32,000 nucleotides of DNA from Allobaculum fili (lineage in GTDB: Bacteria > Bacillota_I > Bacilli_A > Erysipelotrichales > Erysipelotrichaceae): contig NZ_JAHDSX010000004.1 of NCBI RefSeq assembly GCF_020969955.1, forward strand, positions 30,001-62,000, written 5' to 3'. Shown one piece after another: positions 23,563-32,000 of the stretch. Position 1 is the stretch's first letter. Each line of letters opens with the position of its first letter. The notes beneath the pieces were generated by a model. The model searched no databases. It saw only the letters and a program-made list of their open reading frames with translations, and had not been told where the DNA came from. A program made the position numbers and the translations under genes.

Positions 23563-26187
23563 ATGAAAGAACTTTCCAAGAAATACGATCACAAGCTGGT
23601 AGAAACGCCCGAAACCTATTCGAAATGGATCGAAAAAGGGTATTTCACAGCGGGTGACGCATCCAAAATCCCGTATACGATTGTGATTCCGCCCCCAAAC
23701 GTAACCGGCAAGCTGCATCTCGGTCACGCGTGGGACAACACGCTGCAGGATACCGCGGCGCGCTATAAACGTCTGAAAGGCTACGATGTACTGTATCTGC
23801 CGGGTATGGACCATGCCGGTATCGCCACGCAGGCGAAAATCGACGCCCGCCTGCAGAGCGAAGGCATCAGCCGCTATGATCTCGGTCGGGAAGGCTTTTT
23901 AGAGCGCGCATGGGAGTGGAAAGAAGAATACGCTTCCTTTATTCGTCAGCAGTGGGCGCAGATGGGTCTTTCCCTCGACTACAGCCGCGAACGCTTTACC
24001 CTCGATGAAGGTCTGAACAAAGCCGTAAACAAAGTGTTTGTACAGCTGTACAACGAAGGCCTGATTTATCAGGGCGAACGCATCATCAACTGGGACCCGC
24101 AGGCGATGACCGCGCTCTCCAATATTGAAGTTATCCATAAGGAAATTCCAGGCAAGATGTACTACTTCAAGTACACCGTGCAGGAAACCGGAAAAGAACT
24201 CATTATCGCGACGACCCGTCCGGAAACGATGTTTGCCGACCAGGCGATTTTCGTTCACCCGGATGACAAGCGCTATTCCGATCTCGTAGGTCTGCACGCG
24301 ATCAACCCGGCCAACGGCGAAGCGCTGCCGATCATGGCCGACGACTATATCGATATGGATTTCGGTACAGCCGTCATGAAATGTACGCCGGCTCACGACC
24401 CCAACGACTTTGCTCTTGCGAAGAAATACGGTCTGAAAATGCCGATCTGCATGAATCCGGACGGCACGATGAACGAACTGGCGCATAAATACGAAGGCAT
24501 GGACCGTTTCGAATGCCGCGAAGCGCTGCTCAGGGATTTCGAAGCCGCCGGTGTTGTCGATCATATCGAAGACCATCCGCATCAGGTCGGCCATTCCGAA
24601 CGTACTGGCGTCATCGCCGAACCGTATCTGTCAAAACAGTGGTTCGTAAAGATGAAGCCGCTGGCGCAGGCGGTTCTTGACGCACAGAAAACGGATGAAA
24701 AAATCAGCTTCATCCCATCGCGTTTTGAACACACCTTTACGCAGTGGCTTGAAAACATTGAAGACTGGTGCATTTCCCGTCAGCTCTGGTGGGGTCACCG
24801 CATCCCGGCCTGGTTTAATAAGGAAACCGGTGAAATTTATGTCGGCGAAGAAGCGCCGGCGGATCCGGAAAACTGGACGCAGGACGAAGACGTTCTCGAT
24901 ACCTGGTTCTCTTCCGCCCTCTGGCCGTTCTCCACGCTGGGCTGGCCGGATATTACCGAAGATTTCAAGCGCTACTATCCGACCGATCTGCTCGTTACCG
25001 GCTATGACATCATCTTCTTCTGGGTCGCACGCATGGCCTTCCAGGCGCGTCATATGACGAACAACCGTCCGTTCAAGGACGTTCTCATTCACGGTCTGAT
25101 CCGCGATGCGCAGGGCCGCAAGATGTCCAAGTCCTTAGGCAACGGCATCGACCCGATCGATGTCATCGACGCCAAAGGCGCCGACGCCCTTCGCTTCTTT
25201 TTGTCCACCAACTCCGCTCCCGGTCTCGATACCCGTTTCGATGAAGCCAAGATCGACAAGGCCTGGAACTTCATTAACAAAATCTGGAACGCGTCCCGCT
25301 ACGTACAGATGCAGATGGACGGAAAACCGGCAGCCGATCCGGATTTCAAAAAGCTTTCCGAAGCCGATCAGTGGATTCTGGCCCGCCTGAACGAAACGAT
25401 CGACAATGTCGAACGCAATCTCGACCGCTACGAAATGGGTCTGGCCGGCAATGCGCTCTATAACTTTGTCTGGAACGATTTCTGCTCCTGGTACATCGAA
25501 CTCTCCAAGGCAGCGCTCAACTCCGAAAATCCGCAGACGCGTGAAAACACCGTCGCCATTCTCGTTTACGTTCTGCGCGCCATTCTGATTCTGCTTTCTC
25601 CGATGATGCCGTTTGTGACCGATCACATTTATCAGGCACTCGAACTTGGCAAGGACAGCATCAACGAAGAATCCTGGCCCAAAAAAGTCGAATTCTACTC
25701 CGATGAGAAAACGGTTCGCGACATGAATCTGATCCTGTCGTCGATTGAAGCCGTTCGTGAAATCAAGACGCAGTACGGAATGAAACCGCGCGAAGTCATT
25801 GCTATCGATGTCGTAACGAGCGATGGAGACCGCTATCCGCTCAGCAACGAAGGAACGGCTCTGCTCGAAGGCATGGCGAAAGTCACCCTCACCCCGGTAG
25901 AAGCCGGCGACGATACGCTCGTCCGCGAAGTGGACGGCGCTCTGCTCCGTACGCCGATGGCCGGTCTGATCGATGTCGAAGCCGAAATGGCCAAAGCGGA
26001 AAAAGAAGTCGCCCGTCTTGAAAAAGAAGTAGCGCGCGGCGAAAAGATGCTTTCCAATCCAGGATTTGTCAACAAGGCACCGCAGGCCAAGATTGACCAG
26101 GAAAAGGAAAAACTCGAAAAGAACCGCTCCTCCCTCGAACAGGCCCGCAAAACACTTGCTGATCTGCAGGCCAAAAAAGCGGCGTAG
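23563..26187 (+). CDS. valS: Valine--tRNA ligase
   Basis: SD AAAGGAG. HIGH motif PPPNVTGKLHLGHA, KMSKS motif KMSKSLGN, CP1 editing domain, C-terminal coiled coil (EAEMAKAEKEVARLEKEVARGEKML). 874 aa. Confidence 0.98.
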   Translation: MKELSKKYDHKLVETPETYSKWIEKGYFTAGDASKIPYTIVIPPPNVTGKLHLGHAWDNTLQDTAARYKRLKGYDVLYLPGMDHAGIATQAKIDARLQSEGISRYDLGREGFLERAWEWKEEYASFIRQQWAQMGLSLDYSRERFTLDEGLNKAVNKVFVQLYNEGLIYQGERIINWDPQAMTALSNIEVIHKEIPGKMYYFKYTVQETGKELIIATTRPETMFADQAIFVHPDDKRYSDLVGLHAINPANGEALPIMADDYIDMDFGTAVMKCTPAHDPNDFALAKKYGLKMPICMNPDGTMNELAHKYEGMDRFECREALLRDFEAAGVVDHIEDHPHQVGHSERTGVIAEPYLSKQWFVKMKPLAQAVLDAQKTDEKISFIPSRFEHTFTQWLENIEDWCISRQLWWGHRIPAWFNKETGEIYVGEEAPADPENWTQDEDVLDTWFSSALWPFSTLGWPDITEDFKRYYPTDLLVTGYDIIFFWVARMAFQARHMTNNRPFKDVLIHGLIRDAQGRKMSKSLGNGIDPIDVIDAKGADALRFFLSTNSAPGLDTRFDEAKIDKAWNFINKIWNASRYVQMQMDGKPAADPDFKKLSEADQWILARLNETIDNVERNLDRYEMGLAGNALYNFVWNDFCSWYIELSKAALNSENPQTRENTVAILVYVLRAILILLSPMMPFVTDHIYQALELGKDSINEESWPKKVEFYSDEKTVRDMNLILSSIEAVREIKTQYGMKPREVIAIDVVTSDGDRYPLSNEGTALLEGMAKVTLTPVEAGDDTLVREVDGALLRTPMAGLIDVEAEMAKAEKEVARLEKEVARGEKMLSNPGFVNKAPQAKIDQEKEKLEKNRSSLEQARKTLADLQAKKAA

Positions 26188-26234
26188 TCTGCCGGTTCTC
26201 ATTTTCAGCACCGCAAAATAAAATCAAAAAAATC

Positions 26235-26282
26235 AAAGATCTTCCCCAGCCCAGGTGCGGCCGAACGGGAAGATCTTTTTTT
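26235..26282 (+). terminator. Rho-independent terminator after valS
   Basis: AAAGATCTTCCC (26235-26246) pairs with GGGAAGATCTTT (26267-26278). T-run to 26282. Confidence 0.85.
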
Positions 26283-26457
26283 CGCTGAATCTATTGAAGA
26301 AGATGATAAAGTGCGCAAATCGTATATATTCTTGTCCTGTCCAAAAAAGTGGGTGTTCCTCTGCGCCGTTTTCAATTTATACTGAAAGCGTATTCAGCAT
26401 TTTTAATGGGACTTTCGAATTGGGGAAAGTCCCCACATCTATAAGGAGGAAACTGCT

Positions 26458-28314
26458 ATGTACACGCTTGATGCAGAACATGAAGCGATGCGCCAGAAAG
26501 TTCGTGCGCTTGGCGAAAAATCCATTCCGTCGATCGCCATGCAGCTCGACGAAAATAATGAATTTCCAAAAGCCTTTGTCGGCCAGATGAAAGACGCCGG
26601 CCTGATGGGCATTCCATACGAAAAGGAAATGGGCGGCGCCGGACTGGACGCGCTGTCCTATGCGATCGCGGTGGAAGAACTCTCCCGCCTCGATGGCGGA
26701 ATCGGCGTTATTCTGTCCGCTCATACGTCTCTGGGCACCTGGCCGATCGCGGAATTCGGTACGCCTGAACAGAAAGAAAAATACCTCAAGCCGCTGGCTT
26801 CGGGCGAGAAGCTCGGCGCGTTTGGTCTGACCGAAGAAAACGCCGGATCGGATGCCGGCGGAACCGAAACGACCGCTGTCAAAAAAGACGGATATTATTT
26901 GTTAAACGGACATAAGATTTTCATCACGAACGCTCCGGAAGCCGATACGTACGTCGTATTCGCCTCGACCGATCCGTCCAAAGGAACGCGCGGCATCAGC
27001 GCCTTTATCGTCGAAAAGGGAATGGAAGGCTTCACCTGCTCCCCGCACTATAACAAGATGGGCATCCGCTCTTCCTGCACTGCGGAACTGAACTTCAGGG
27101 ATGTCAAAGTGCCGGAAGAAAACCTGCTTGGTCTTGAAGGCCAGGGCTTCAAAATTGCGATGGCTACCCTCGATGGCGGCCGCATCGGCATCGCCGCGCA
27201 GGCTCTCGGCATTGCGCAGGGCGCCTATGAAGACGCGCTCACGTATGCCAAAGAGCGCGAACAGTTTGGCGCGCCAATCGCGGTAAACCAGGGCATTTCC
27301 TTCAAACTTGCGGATATGGCGACCCAGATCGAAGCCGCCCGCCTGCTCGTCTATAGGGCCGCTGAACTGAAACAGAAACACGAACCGTATTCCACAGCAG
27401 CTGCCATGGCGAAACTTTTCGCCTCGGATATGGCGGTTAAAGTGTGCGATGATGCGCTGCAGATTTTCGGCGGCAGCGGCTACATGAAAGGCATGGGTGT
27501 CGAACGCCGCTATCGCGACGCCAAGATCACTCAGATTTACGAAGGTACCAACGAAATTCAGCGTGTTGTTATTGCCTCCGGCATTCTCGGCCGTCTGAAG
27601 AAAAAAGACGCTGGAAAACCGAAAGCGGATGCGCCAAAACAGCCGGAAGGCCGTAAAGGCGTCATCATCGATGAACTGAGCGATGCCGCCAACGCCCGCA
27701 AACTGGCGACCATTCTGAAATCTTCCTTCGATTTCAAAAACCGGGAAGATCTCAATACGCCGATCGATCATGCACAGAAAATTCTCGCCATCGGTCAGGG
27801 CGCGAAAACGAAAGAACACGCGGATGCGGCCATCGATGTGGCCAGAAATCTCGGCCTGGCGATTGCCTCCAGCCGCCCGGCAGCTGAAGTCCATCACTTC
27901 ACCAGCATGGATCGCTTTGTTGGACTGTCCGGTCAGAAGGCCAATCAGGCAAAACTGTATATCGCAGCGGGCATCTCCGGTGCCAAGCAGCATTTGAAAG
28001 GCATCGAAAAAGCCGGTATGGTTGTCGCGATCAACACCGATCCAAACGCGCCGATTTTCAAAAACGCGGATTACGGCATCGTAGGCGATATGAACGTCAT
28101 TCTTCCGCTGCTCGAAAAAGAGCTGGGCGAAGAAGAAAAGCCGGAAAAGAAGCTCGACGTTTACCAGTGCACCCTTTGCGGATACGTTTACGATCCGACC
28201 GTCGGCGATCCGGAAAGCGGGATTGCCCCTGGCACAGCCTTTGAAGATATTCCAGAAGACTGGTCCTGCCCGTACTGCGGCGCGGCCAAATCGGACTTCG
28301 TAAAAATTTCCTGA
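26458..28314 (+). CDS. Acyl-CoA dehydrogenase (short/butyryl-CoA type) fused to an ETF-alpha C-terminal FAD domain and a rubredoxin
   Basis: SD AAGGAGGA.
- Residues 1-380: ACAD ([16 protein letters not shown], catalytic base in IYEGTNEIQ).
- Residues ~436-556 (nt 27763-28125): ETF-alpha domain III ([45 protein letters not shown]).
- Residues 567-617 (nt 28156-28311): rubredoxin ([12 protein letters not shown]...[13 protein letters not shown]). Confidence 0.9.
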   Translation: MYTLDAEHEAMRQKVRALGEKSIPSIAMQLDENNEFPKAFVGQMKDAGLMGIPYEKEMGGAGLDALSYAIAVEELSRLDGGIGVILSAHTSLGTWPIAEFGTPEQKEKYLKPLASGEKLGAFGLTEENAGSDAGGTETTAVKKDGYYLLNGHKIFITNAPEADTYVVFASTDPSKGTRGISAFIVEKGMEGFTCSPHYNKMGIRSSCTAELNFRDVKVPEENLLGLEGQGFKIAMATLDGGRIGIAAQALGIAQGAYEDALTYAKEREQFGAPIAVNQGISFKLADMATQIEAARLLVYRAAELKQKHEPYSTAAAMAKLFASDMAVKVCDDALQIFGGSGYMKGMGVERRYRDAKITQIYEGTNEIQRVVIASGILGRLKKKDAGKPKADAPKQPEGRKGVIIDELSDAANARKLATILKSSFDFKNREDLNTPIDHAQKILAIGQGAKTKEHADAAIDVARNLGLAIASSRPAAEVHHFTSMDRFVGLSGQKANQAKLYIAAGISGAKQHLKGIEKAGMVVAINTDPNAPIFKNADYGIVGDMNVILPLLEKELGEEEKPEKKLDVYQCTLCGYVYDPTVGDPESGIAPGTAFEDIPEDWSCPYCGAAKSDFVKIS

Positions 28315-28406
28315 TCCGACAAACCAGAACGCTCTCTCGATCTGTTTTCCTGAGTAAAAAGGGGAAATCGAGACATACGTGAATTGGATGTTCGGTTTAA
28401 CGAACG

Positions 28407-28451
28407 CAAACCTCCTCTTCGCTTGCTTCATGCTGCAAAGGGGAGGTTTTT
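28407..28451 (+). terminator. Probable terminator after the ACAD fusion gene
   Basis: AAACCTCCTCTT (28407-28418) pairs with AAGGGGAGGTTT (28437-28448) with one G-U. T-run at 28446-28451. 18-nt loop. Confidence 0.55.
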
Positions 28452-28571
28452 TCTGCGGACTGGGAAAGAGAAAATCGACAGATCTTCACCAATCGAACAT
28501 CCAGCTGGATCCATTTGAACGTCAGGCTCTCAAAAGGAAATATCATCGTCCGCCTTTGTCGGCCCAGGCAA

Positions 28572-28580
28572 TGTTAAAAT
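28572..28580 (+). promoter_or_regulatory. Extended -10 element TGtTAAAAT placed 6 nt upstream of the ATG at 28587 (possible leaderless transcript)
   Basis: TG at 28572-28573, TAAAAT at 28575-28580, ATG at 28587. No SD lies between them. Confidence 0.35.
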
Positions 28581-28586
28581 ATCGAT

Positions 28587-28967
28587 ATGAAATCTTTTGT
28601 TCTTGATGCCGCCAAAATCGAACCCGGCCTGAACGCCGTTCAGTTTTTTCAGCAGTTTTATCATTTGAAAGACGAAACGATCGCCTCGATCAAGCGCACG
28701 CTGTTTGAGATGGAAGAGACAATGATTACAGAAGTCTTCAACTGGCCCGTCGATCATCCGGCCTGGAAGGAAATCAGTCTCGTTCTGGAATCCATTCAGC
28801 AGCACTCCCCAGATTTTTACGTGATCTGGGGACCGGAGACGATCAATGCCAGAGACTATCTTCTTACCAGAGAAGAAGAAGATTCCAAAGCTGAACTGAC
28901 CGAACCTGCAGACCCAAAGACGGCGGATTTTTCCAAGATGACTGCGGAATGCAAAGTTCCTGAATAA
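28587..28967 (+). CDS. Hypothetical 126-aa protein with an acidic C-terminal tail
   Basis: Coding-like composition, bounded by terminators at 28407-28451 and 29018-29053. No SD. No family recognised. Confidence 0.5.
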   Translation: MKSFVLDAAKIEPGLNAVQFFQQFYHLKDETIASIKRTLFEMEETMITEVFNWPVDHPAWKEISLVLESIQQHSPDFYVIWGPETINARDYLLTREEEDSKAELTEPADPKTADFSKMTAECKVPE

Positions 28968-29017
28968 GCCAGCCCCGAATAAGCACAGTCCAATACGTAA
29001 GCCCAATACGAAAGAAT

Positions 29018-29053
29018 AAAGCGCACAGTCTCGAAACTGTGCGTTTTCTTTTT
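29018..29053 (+). terminator. Rho-independent terminator after the 126-aa gene
   Basis: CGCACAGT (29022-29029) pairs with ACTGTGCG (29036-29043), then TTTTCTTTTT. Flanking A/T extension. Confidence 0.75.
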
Positions 29054-29096
29054 GGCCTGTCTGCTCGATCCAAATCGAATACCGGAACTTTCGCCC

Positions 29097-29136
29097 AAAG
29101 AAAAACGCAGAATTCAGACGAATCTGGATTCTGCGT
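29097..29136 (-). terminator. Rho-independent terminator of typA (minus strand)
   Basis: A 14-bp hairpin, ACGCAGAATTCAGA (29105-29118) with TCTGGATTCTGCGT (29123-29136). On the minus strand it is followed by TTTTTCTTT. Confidence 0.8.
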
Positions 29137-29178
29137 GAAGATTGTGCGAATCATTCAAAATTGAAAAACGGTTTGCGA

Positions 29179-31023
29179 TCAGTCGTTTTCTTTGGCCTGT
29201 GCGGACATCTTTTCGCGATACAGGTTCCGGCGATCCTGTGCGGTCAGTCCTTTTTTGCGCAGACGGATCGCATCTGGAGTCACTTCGACGAGCTCGTCAT
29301 CGTTGATCCACTCGAGCGCTTCTTCAAGGGAGAACACTCTGGGCGGAGTCAGAAGCATGGCTTCATCGCGTCCGGAAGAACGGATGGCGGTCAGCTTCTT
29401 GTTTTTGAGCGGGTTGACGTCCATATCGATGTTTCTGGACGATTCACCGATGATCATGCCTTCGTATACTTCGGTCTGCGGGGAGATGAACAGGGAACCG
29501 CGTTCCTGCAGGTTCCAGAGGGCATACGTCATGGCTGTACCGGTATCGGTAGAAATCATGGCGCCAAGCATGCGCTGCGGAATTTCGCCCGCATACGGGA
29601 TATAGCCCGAAATGCGGCGAAGCAGGGTACCTTCGCCATGCGTATCGTTGATGAACTCGGTGCGGAAACCAAGCAGACCGCGGGTCGGCGCATTGTACGT
29701 CAGGCGCACATAGCCGTTTTCTTCGTCCATGTTTACCATCGTGCCCTTGCGCAGGTTGAGCTTGGAGATGATGGTGCCGGAATATTCCGACGGCGCGATG
29801 CAGACAACTTCTTCGACCGGTTCCACCTTCTGGCCGTTTTCATCGCGGTGGAGAATGACTTCCGGCTTGGAAACCGCAAGTTCATAGCCTTCACGGCGCA
29901 TGTTTTCAATCAGGATGGAAATGTGAAGTTCGCCTCGTCCGCTGACTTTGAAGCAGTCGGCACTTTCGGTCGGTTCTACTTCCAGACCGACGTTGACTTC
30001 GAGTTCCTTTTCCAGACGTTCCTTAATGTTACGGCTGGTTACGTATTTTCCGGAACGGCCCGCAAACGGGGACTTGTTAACGTGGAAGTTCATCGAAAGC
30101 GTCGGTTCTTCGATTGGAATGTGGGGGAGAGCTTCGATGCATTCGGGATCGCAGAGCGTATCGCCGATGGAAACGTCCGGCATGCCGGAAACAACGACGA
30201 TATCGCCGGAATGGGCTTCGTTGACCGGAGTACGGGAAAGTCCCTTGTAAACAAAGAGATTGGAAATCGTTTCCTTTTCTTCCAGACCGTTCTGGTTGGT
30301 GCGAATATAGCTGCCGCCTTTTTTGAGGGTACCGCGGGTAATGCGTCCGATGCCCAGACGGCCGATATAGTCATCATAGGCCAGAGCGGAAATCTGCATC
30401 TGAGCCGGTTCCTCGTCGCGGTCCGGATAAACCGGCGTATGTTCGAGAATGGTTTCAAACAGCGGTTCGATATTTTCCGAAGGCTCCGTTAAAGAGCGGG
30501 AAACGCGTCCTTCACGGGCGACGCCGTAAAGAATCGGGAAGTCAAGCTGTTCGTCAGTCGCGTTGAGATCGATAAACAGGTCGTACACTTCATCCACAAC
30601 TTCTTCGGCGCGCTGGTCTTTCTTATCAATTTTATTGATCAGAAGAATCGGCTTCAGGCCGACTTCAAGCGCTTTGGAAAGGACAAACCGTGTCTGTGGC
30701 ATCGGGCCTTCCGAAGCGTCAACCAGCAGAATAACGGTATCGACCGTTCCCATGATGCGCTCCACTTCACTGGAGAAATCCGCGTGACCCGGTGTATCGA
30801 CAATATTGATTTTGACGCCGTTGTGAATAACGGAACAGTTTTTTGAATAAATGGTGATTCCGCGCTCCCGTTCCAGAGCGTTGGAATCCATGACACAATC
30901 TACAACTTCTTCATTATCGCGGAAGACATCGCTCTGACGAAGGAAGGCATCCACCAGGGTGCTCTTGCCGGCGTCGACGTGGGCAATGACCGCAATATTA
31001 ATAATTTTTTCTTGATCTGACAT
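29179..31023 (-). CDS. typA: Translational GTPase TypA/BipA
   Basis: SD AAGAGGA. IINIAVIAHVDAGKSTLVD, DTPGHADF, NKIDKKD, 614 aa with the BipA-specific C-terminal domain (...RLRKKGLTAQDRR). Confidence 0.97.
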   Translation of the reverse strand: MSDQEKIINIAVIAHVDAGKSTLVDAFLRQSDVFRDNEEVVDCVMDSNALERERGITIYSKNCSVIHNGVKINIVDTPGHADFSSEVERIMGTVDTVILLVDASEGPMPQTRFVLSKALEVGLKPILLINKIDKKDQRAEEVVDEVYDLFIDLNATDEQLDFPILYGVAREGRVSRSLTEPSENIEPLFETILEHTPVYPDRDEEPAQMQISALAYDDYIGRLGIGRITRGTLKKGGSYIRTNQNGLEEKETISNLFVYKGLSRTPVNEAHSGDIVVVSGMPDVSIGDTLCDPECIEALPHIPIEEPTLSMNFHVNKSPFAGRSGKYVTSRNIKERLEKELEVNVGLEVEPTESADCFKVSGRGELHISILIENMRREGYELAVSKPEVILHRDENGQKVEPVEEVVCIAPSEYSGTIISKLNLRKGTMVNMDEENGYVRLTYNAPTRGLLGFRTEFINDTHGEGTLLRRISGYIPYAGEIPQRMLGAMISTDTGTAMTYALWNLQERGSLFISPQTEVYEGMIIGESSRNIDMDVNPLKNKKLTAIRSSGRDEAMLLTPPRVFSLEEALEWINDDELVEVTPDAIRLRKKGLTAQDRRNLYREKMSAQAKEND

Positions 31024-31101
31024 TCGGTCCTCTTTCCATTTTCAGGATAAACGTATGATTTCATGCGGCGATCAGTCAGATTGGCCGTAAAAATCAAAAG
31101 A

Positions 31102-31130
31102 ATTATAGTCCGGGCCATAGAGGATTTCAA
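31102..31130 (-). promoter_or_regulatory. Consensus sigma-A promoter for typA (TTGAAA-N17-TATAAT on the minus strand)
   Basis: Plus strand TTTCAA at 31125-31130 gives the minus -35 TTGAAA. Plus strand ATTATA at 31102-31107 gives the minus -10 TATAAT. The spacer is exactly 17 nt. Leader is ~70 nt. Confidence 0.6.
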
Positions 31131-31352
31131 TTCGCACTCCCGGAAGCCTTTTTCACTCCATTTTGTAAGGGGATCCACTTTTTTAAAAGGGAAGGGTGCA
31201 GTCTTAGCCAAAAATGAGATAATGAAAAAGTTCAATAACATTTTAGCCGTCTGTATAACGCTTATTTTGCCTCTTCGTCTTTTTTCGCTCGGTTCGGGCG
31301 ATTTACCAGTCGATGGAAAAGTCGGATACGCCAATAAAAAAATGACAGGCAG

Positions 31353-31395
31353 GTCGATAAAAAAGAGATATCGACAGAAAAGAGAAATGTCGATA
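31353..31395. promoter_or_regulatory. GTCGATA-N9-TATCGAC inverted repeat plus a third GTCGATA copy upstream of the esterase gene
   Basis: GTCGATA at 31353-31359, TATCGAC at 31369-31375, GTCGATA at 31389-31395. Related copies GTCGATG at 31309-31315 and GTCGGATA at 31321-31328. Confidence 0.4.
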
Positions 31396-31437
31396 GAAAG
31401 GGAAGAAGGACGGCTTCTGGAAACAGGATGGTGTTTT

Positions 31438-32000
31438 ATGGAGATAAGATACTTTAAGGATTACTCCCGTTATCTCGATCGGGATATGGAATTTAAGATG
31501 TACGGAGATTCGGGCATTCTCTGCCTGATCATTCCGTGTCAGGACGGCCGCTTCTATGAATGGGAAGACCGCAAGATGTTTGAGCTGATGAAACCGTTCA
31601 TGGACGAGGGAAGAGTCCAGTTTGTGACGATCGATACGATCGATAAAGAAACCTGGTCGGACTACGGTCCCAGCGATCACCGCATGTATATGCAGGAAAG
31701 CTGGATCAACTACATCGTGAACGAACTGCTGCCTTCCGTTCATGAAAAAGCCGGCAAGGATCCGGATGAGCCGATGATGGTCATGGGCTGCTCGCTGGGC
31801 GGAACGCATGCAGCCAACCTCTTCTTCCGCTTCCCGCAGAAGTTCAATAAGCTTCTCGCCATGAGCGGTGTCTACGATCTTTCCTGCTATATTCACGATA
31901 ATAACTTTGACGGCAACTTTTATCAGAACAGCCCGTTAGCCTATATGCCCAATATGGAAGCTTCGCATCCGTATATTGATCTGTACAACCAGAACAAAGG
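31438..32000 (+). CDS. Esterase family protein (alpha/beta hydrolase, PF00756-like), 3'-truncated by the window edge
   Basis: Not in the ORF track because no stop is reached. Frame 1 is open from the ATG at 31438 to the window end: MEIRYFKDYSRYLDRDMEFKMYGDSG...MVMGCSLGGTHAANL, with the GxSxG nucleophile elbow (Ser codon 31792-31794). Confidence 0.75.
   Translation, partial: MEIRYFKDYSRYLDRDMEFKMYGDSGILCLIIPCQDGRFYEWEDRKMFELMKPFMDEGRVQFVTIDTIDKETWSDYGPSDHRMYMQESWINYIVNELLPSVHEKAGKDPDEPMMVMGCSLGGTHAANLFFRFPQKFNKLLAMSGVYDLSCYIHDNNFDGNFYQNSPLAYMPNMEASHPYIDLYNQNK

Noticed and set aside
23899-26211. 231-aa and 358-aa minus-strand ORFs inside valS
   Set aside because: Antisense shadows of valS. 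No SD and no motifs.
26902-28431. 509-aa minus-strand ORF antisense to the ACAD fusion gene
   Set aside because: Same codon-aligned antisense shadow (frames checked arithmetically). Low-complexity R/F/A/G-rich translation. The sense strand has unambiguous ACAD, ETF and rubredoxin motifs.
29161-30492. 443-aa plus-strand ORF antisense to typA
   Set aside because: Codon-aligned antisense shadow. The minus strand encodes a full BipA with G1/G3/G4 motifs, an SD, a consensus promoter and a terminator.
31303-31896. 197-aa minus-strand ORF listed in the track near the window end
   Set aside because: It is the codon-aligned antisense of an open plus-strand frame (31438 to the window end) that encodes an esterase with a GCSLGG nucleophile elbow. 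That plus ORF is missing from the track only because it has no stop within the window.
1-32000. Search for CRISPR arrays, IS/transposase/integrase genes, phage genes, tRNA/rRNA, toxin-antitoxin pairs and known defence systems
   Set aside because: - No regularly spaced direct repeats of CRISPR type.
- No ORF with transposase, recombinase or phage motifs.
- No tRNA-like T-arm (GGTTCGAATCC-type) outside the T-box leaders.
- Every large ORF is accounted for by housekeeping or transport functions.
- The window reads as core chromosome rather than an accessory island.

Overview
This 32-kb stretch looks chromosomal, is mostly plus-strand, and comes from a mid-GC Bacillota-type genome. Supporting signs are two T-box leaders, an orphan ECF S-component, an SdpR/SdpI pair, an XpaC-TelA pair, strong Shine-Dalgarno (SD) sites and many hairpin+T-run terminators. 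I call about 24 protein genes, in this order:

- a 5'-truncated S1 serine protease with three YRLYNPN repeats
- a CbbX/SpoVK-type AAA+ ATPase with a stop/start-overlapping 138-aa partner
- an ankyrin-repeat protein followed by an EF-G paralogue
- a cation/proton antiporter
- an MsbA-like ABC exporter
- a minus-strand pair: an SseB-like/degenerate macro-like protein and a 6-TM protein
- an ECF S component
- an ArsR/SdpR-like regulator plus an SdpI-like protein
- ptsI
- an XpaC-like protein plus TelA
- a Trp T-box driving a COG2984-type ABC importer (3 genes)
- a Val T-box driving valS
- an acyl-CoA dehydrogenase fused to an ETF-alpha C-domain and a rubredoxin
- a small hypothetical gene
- typA (minus strand)
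- a 3'-truncated esterase

I saw no rRNA, tRNA, CRISPR array, transposase, integrase, phage gene or recognisable defence gene. I cannot point to a clear-cut novel multi-gene system. The most unusual items are:

1. A consensus promoter, a 28-codon upstream ORF (uORF) and a terminator-like helix in front of the ankyrin + EF-G-paralogue operon. The paralogue lacks the catalytic His of translational GTPases (DTPGY instead of DTPGH).
2. The three-domain ACAD/ETF-alpha/rubredoxin fusion.
3. A macro-fold-like protein with degenerate ligand-binding motifs.
4. Several intergenic repeats and palindromes that no annotated feature explains.

All hairpin and promoter coordinates were derived by eye and may be off by a few nt. 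All family assignments come from remembered motifs, not from searches.
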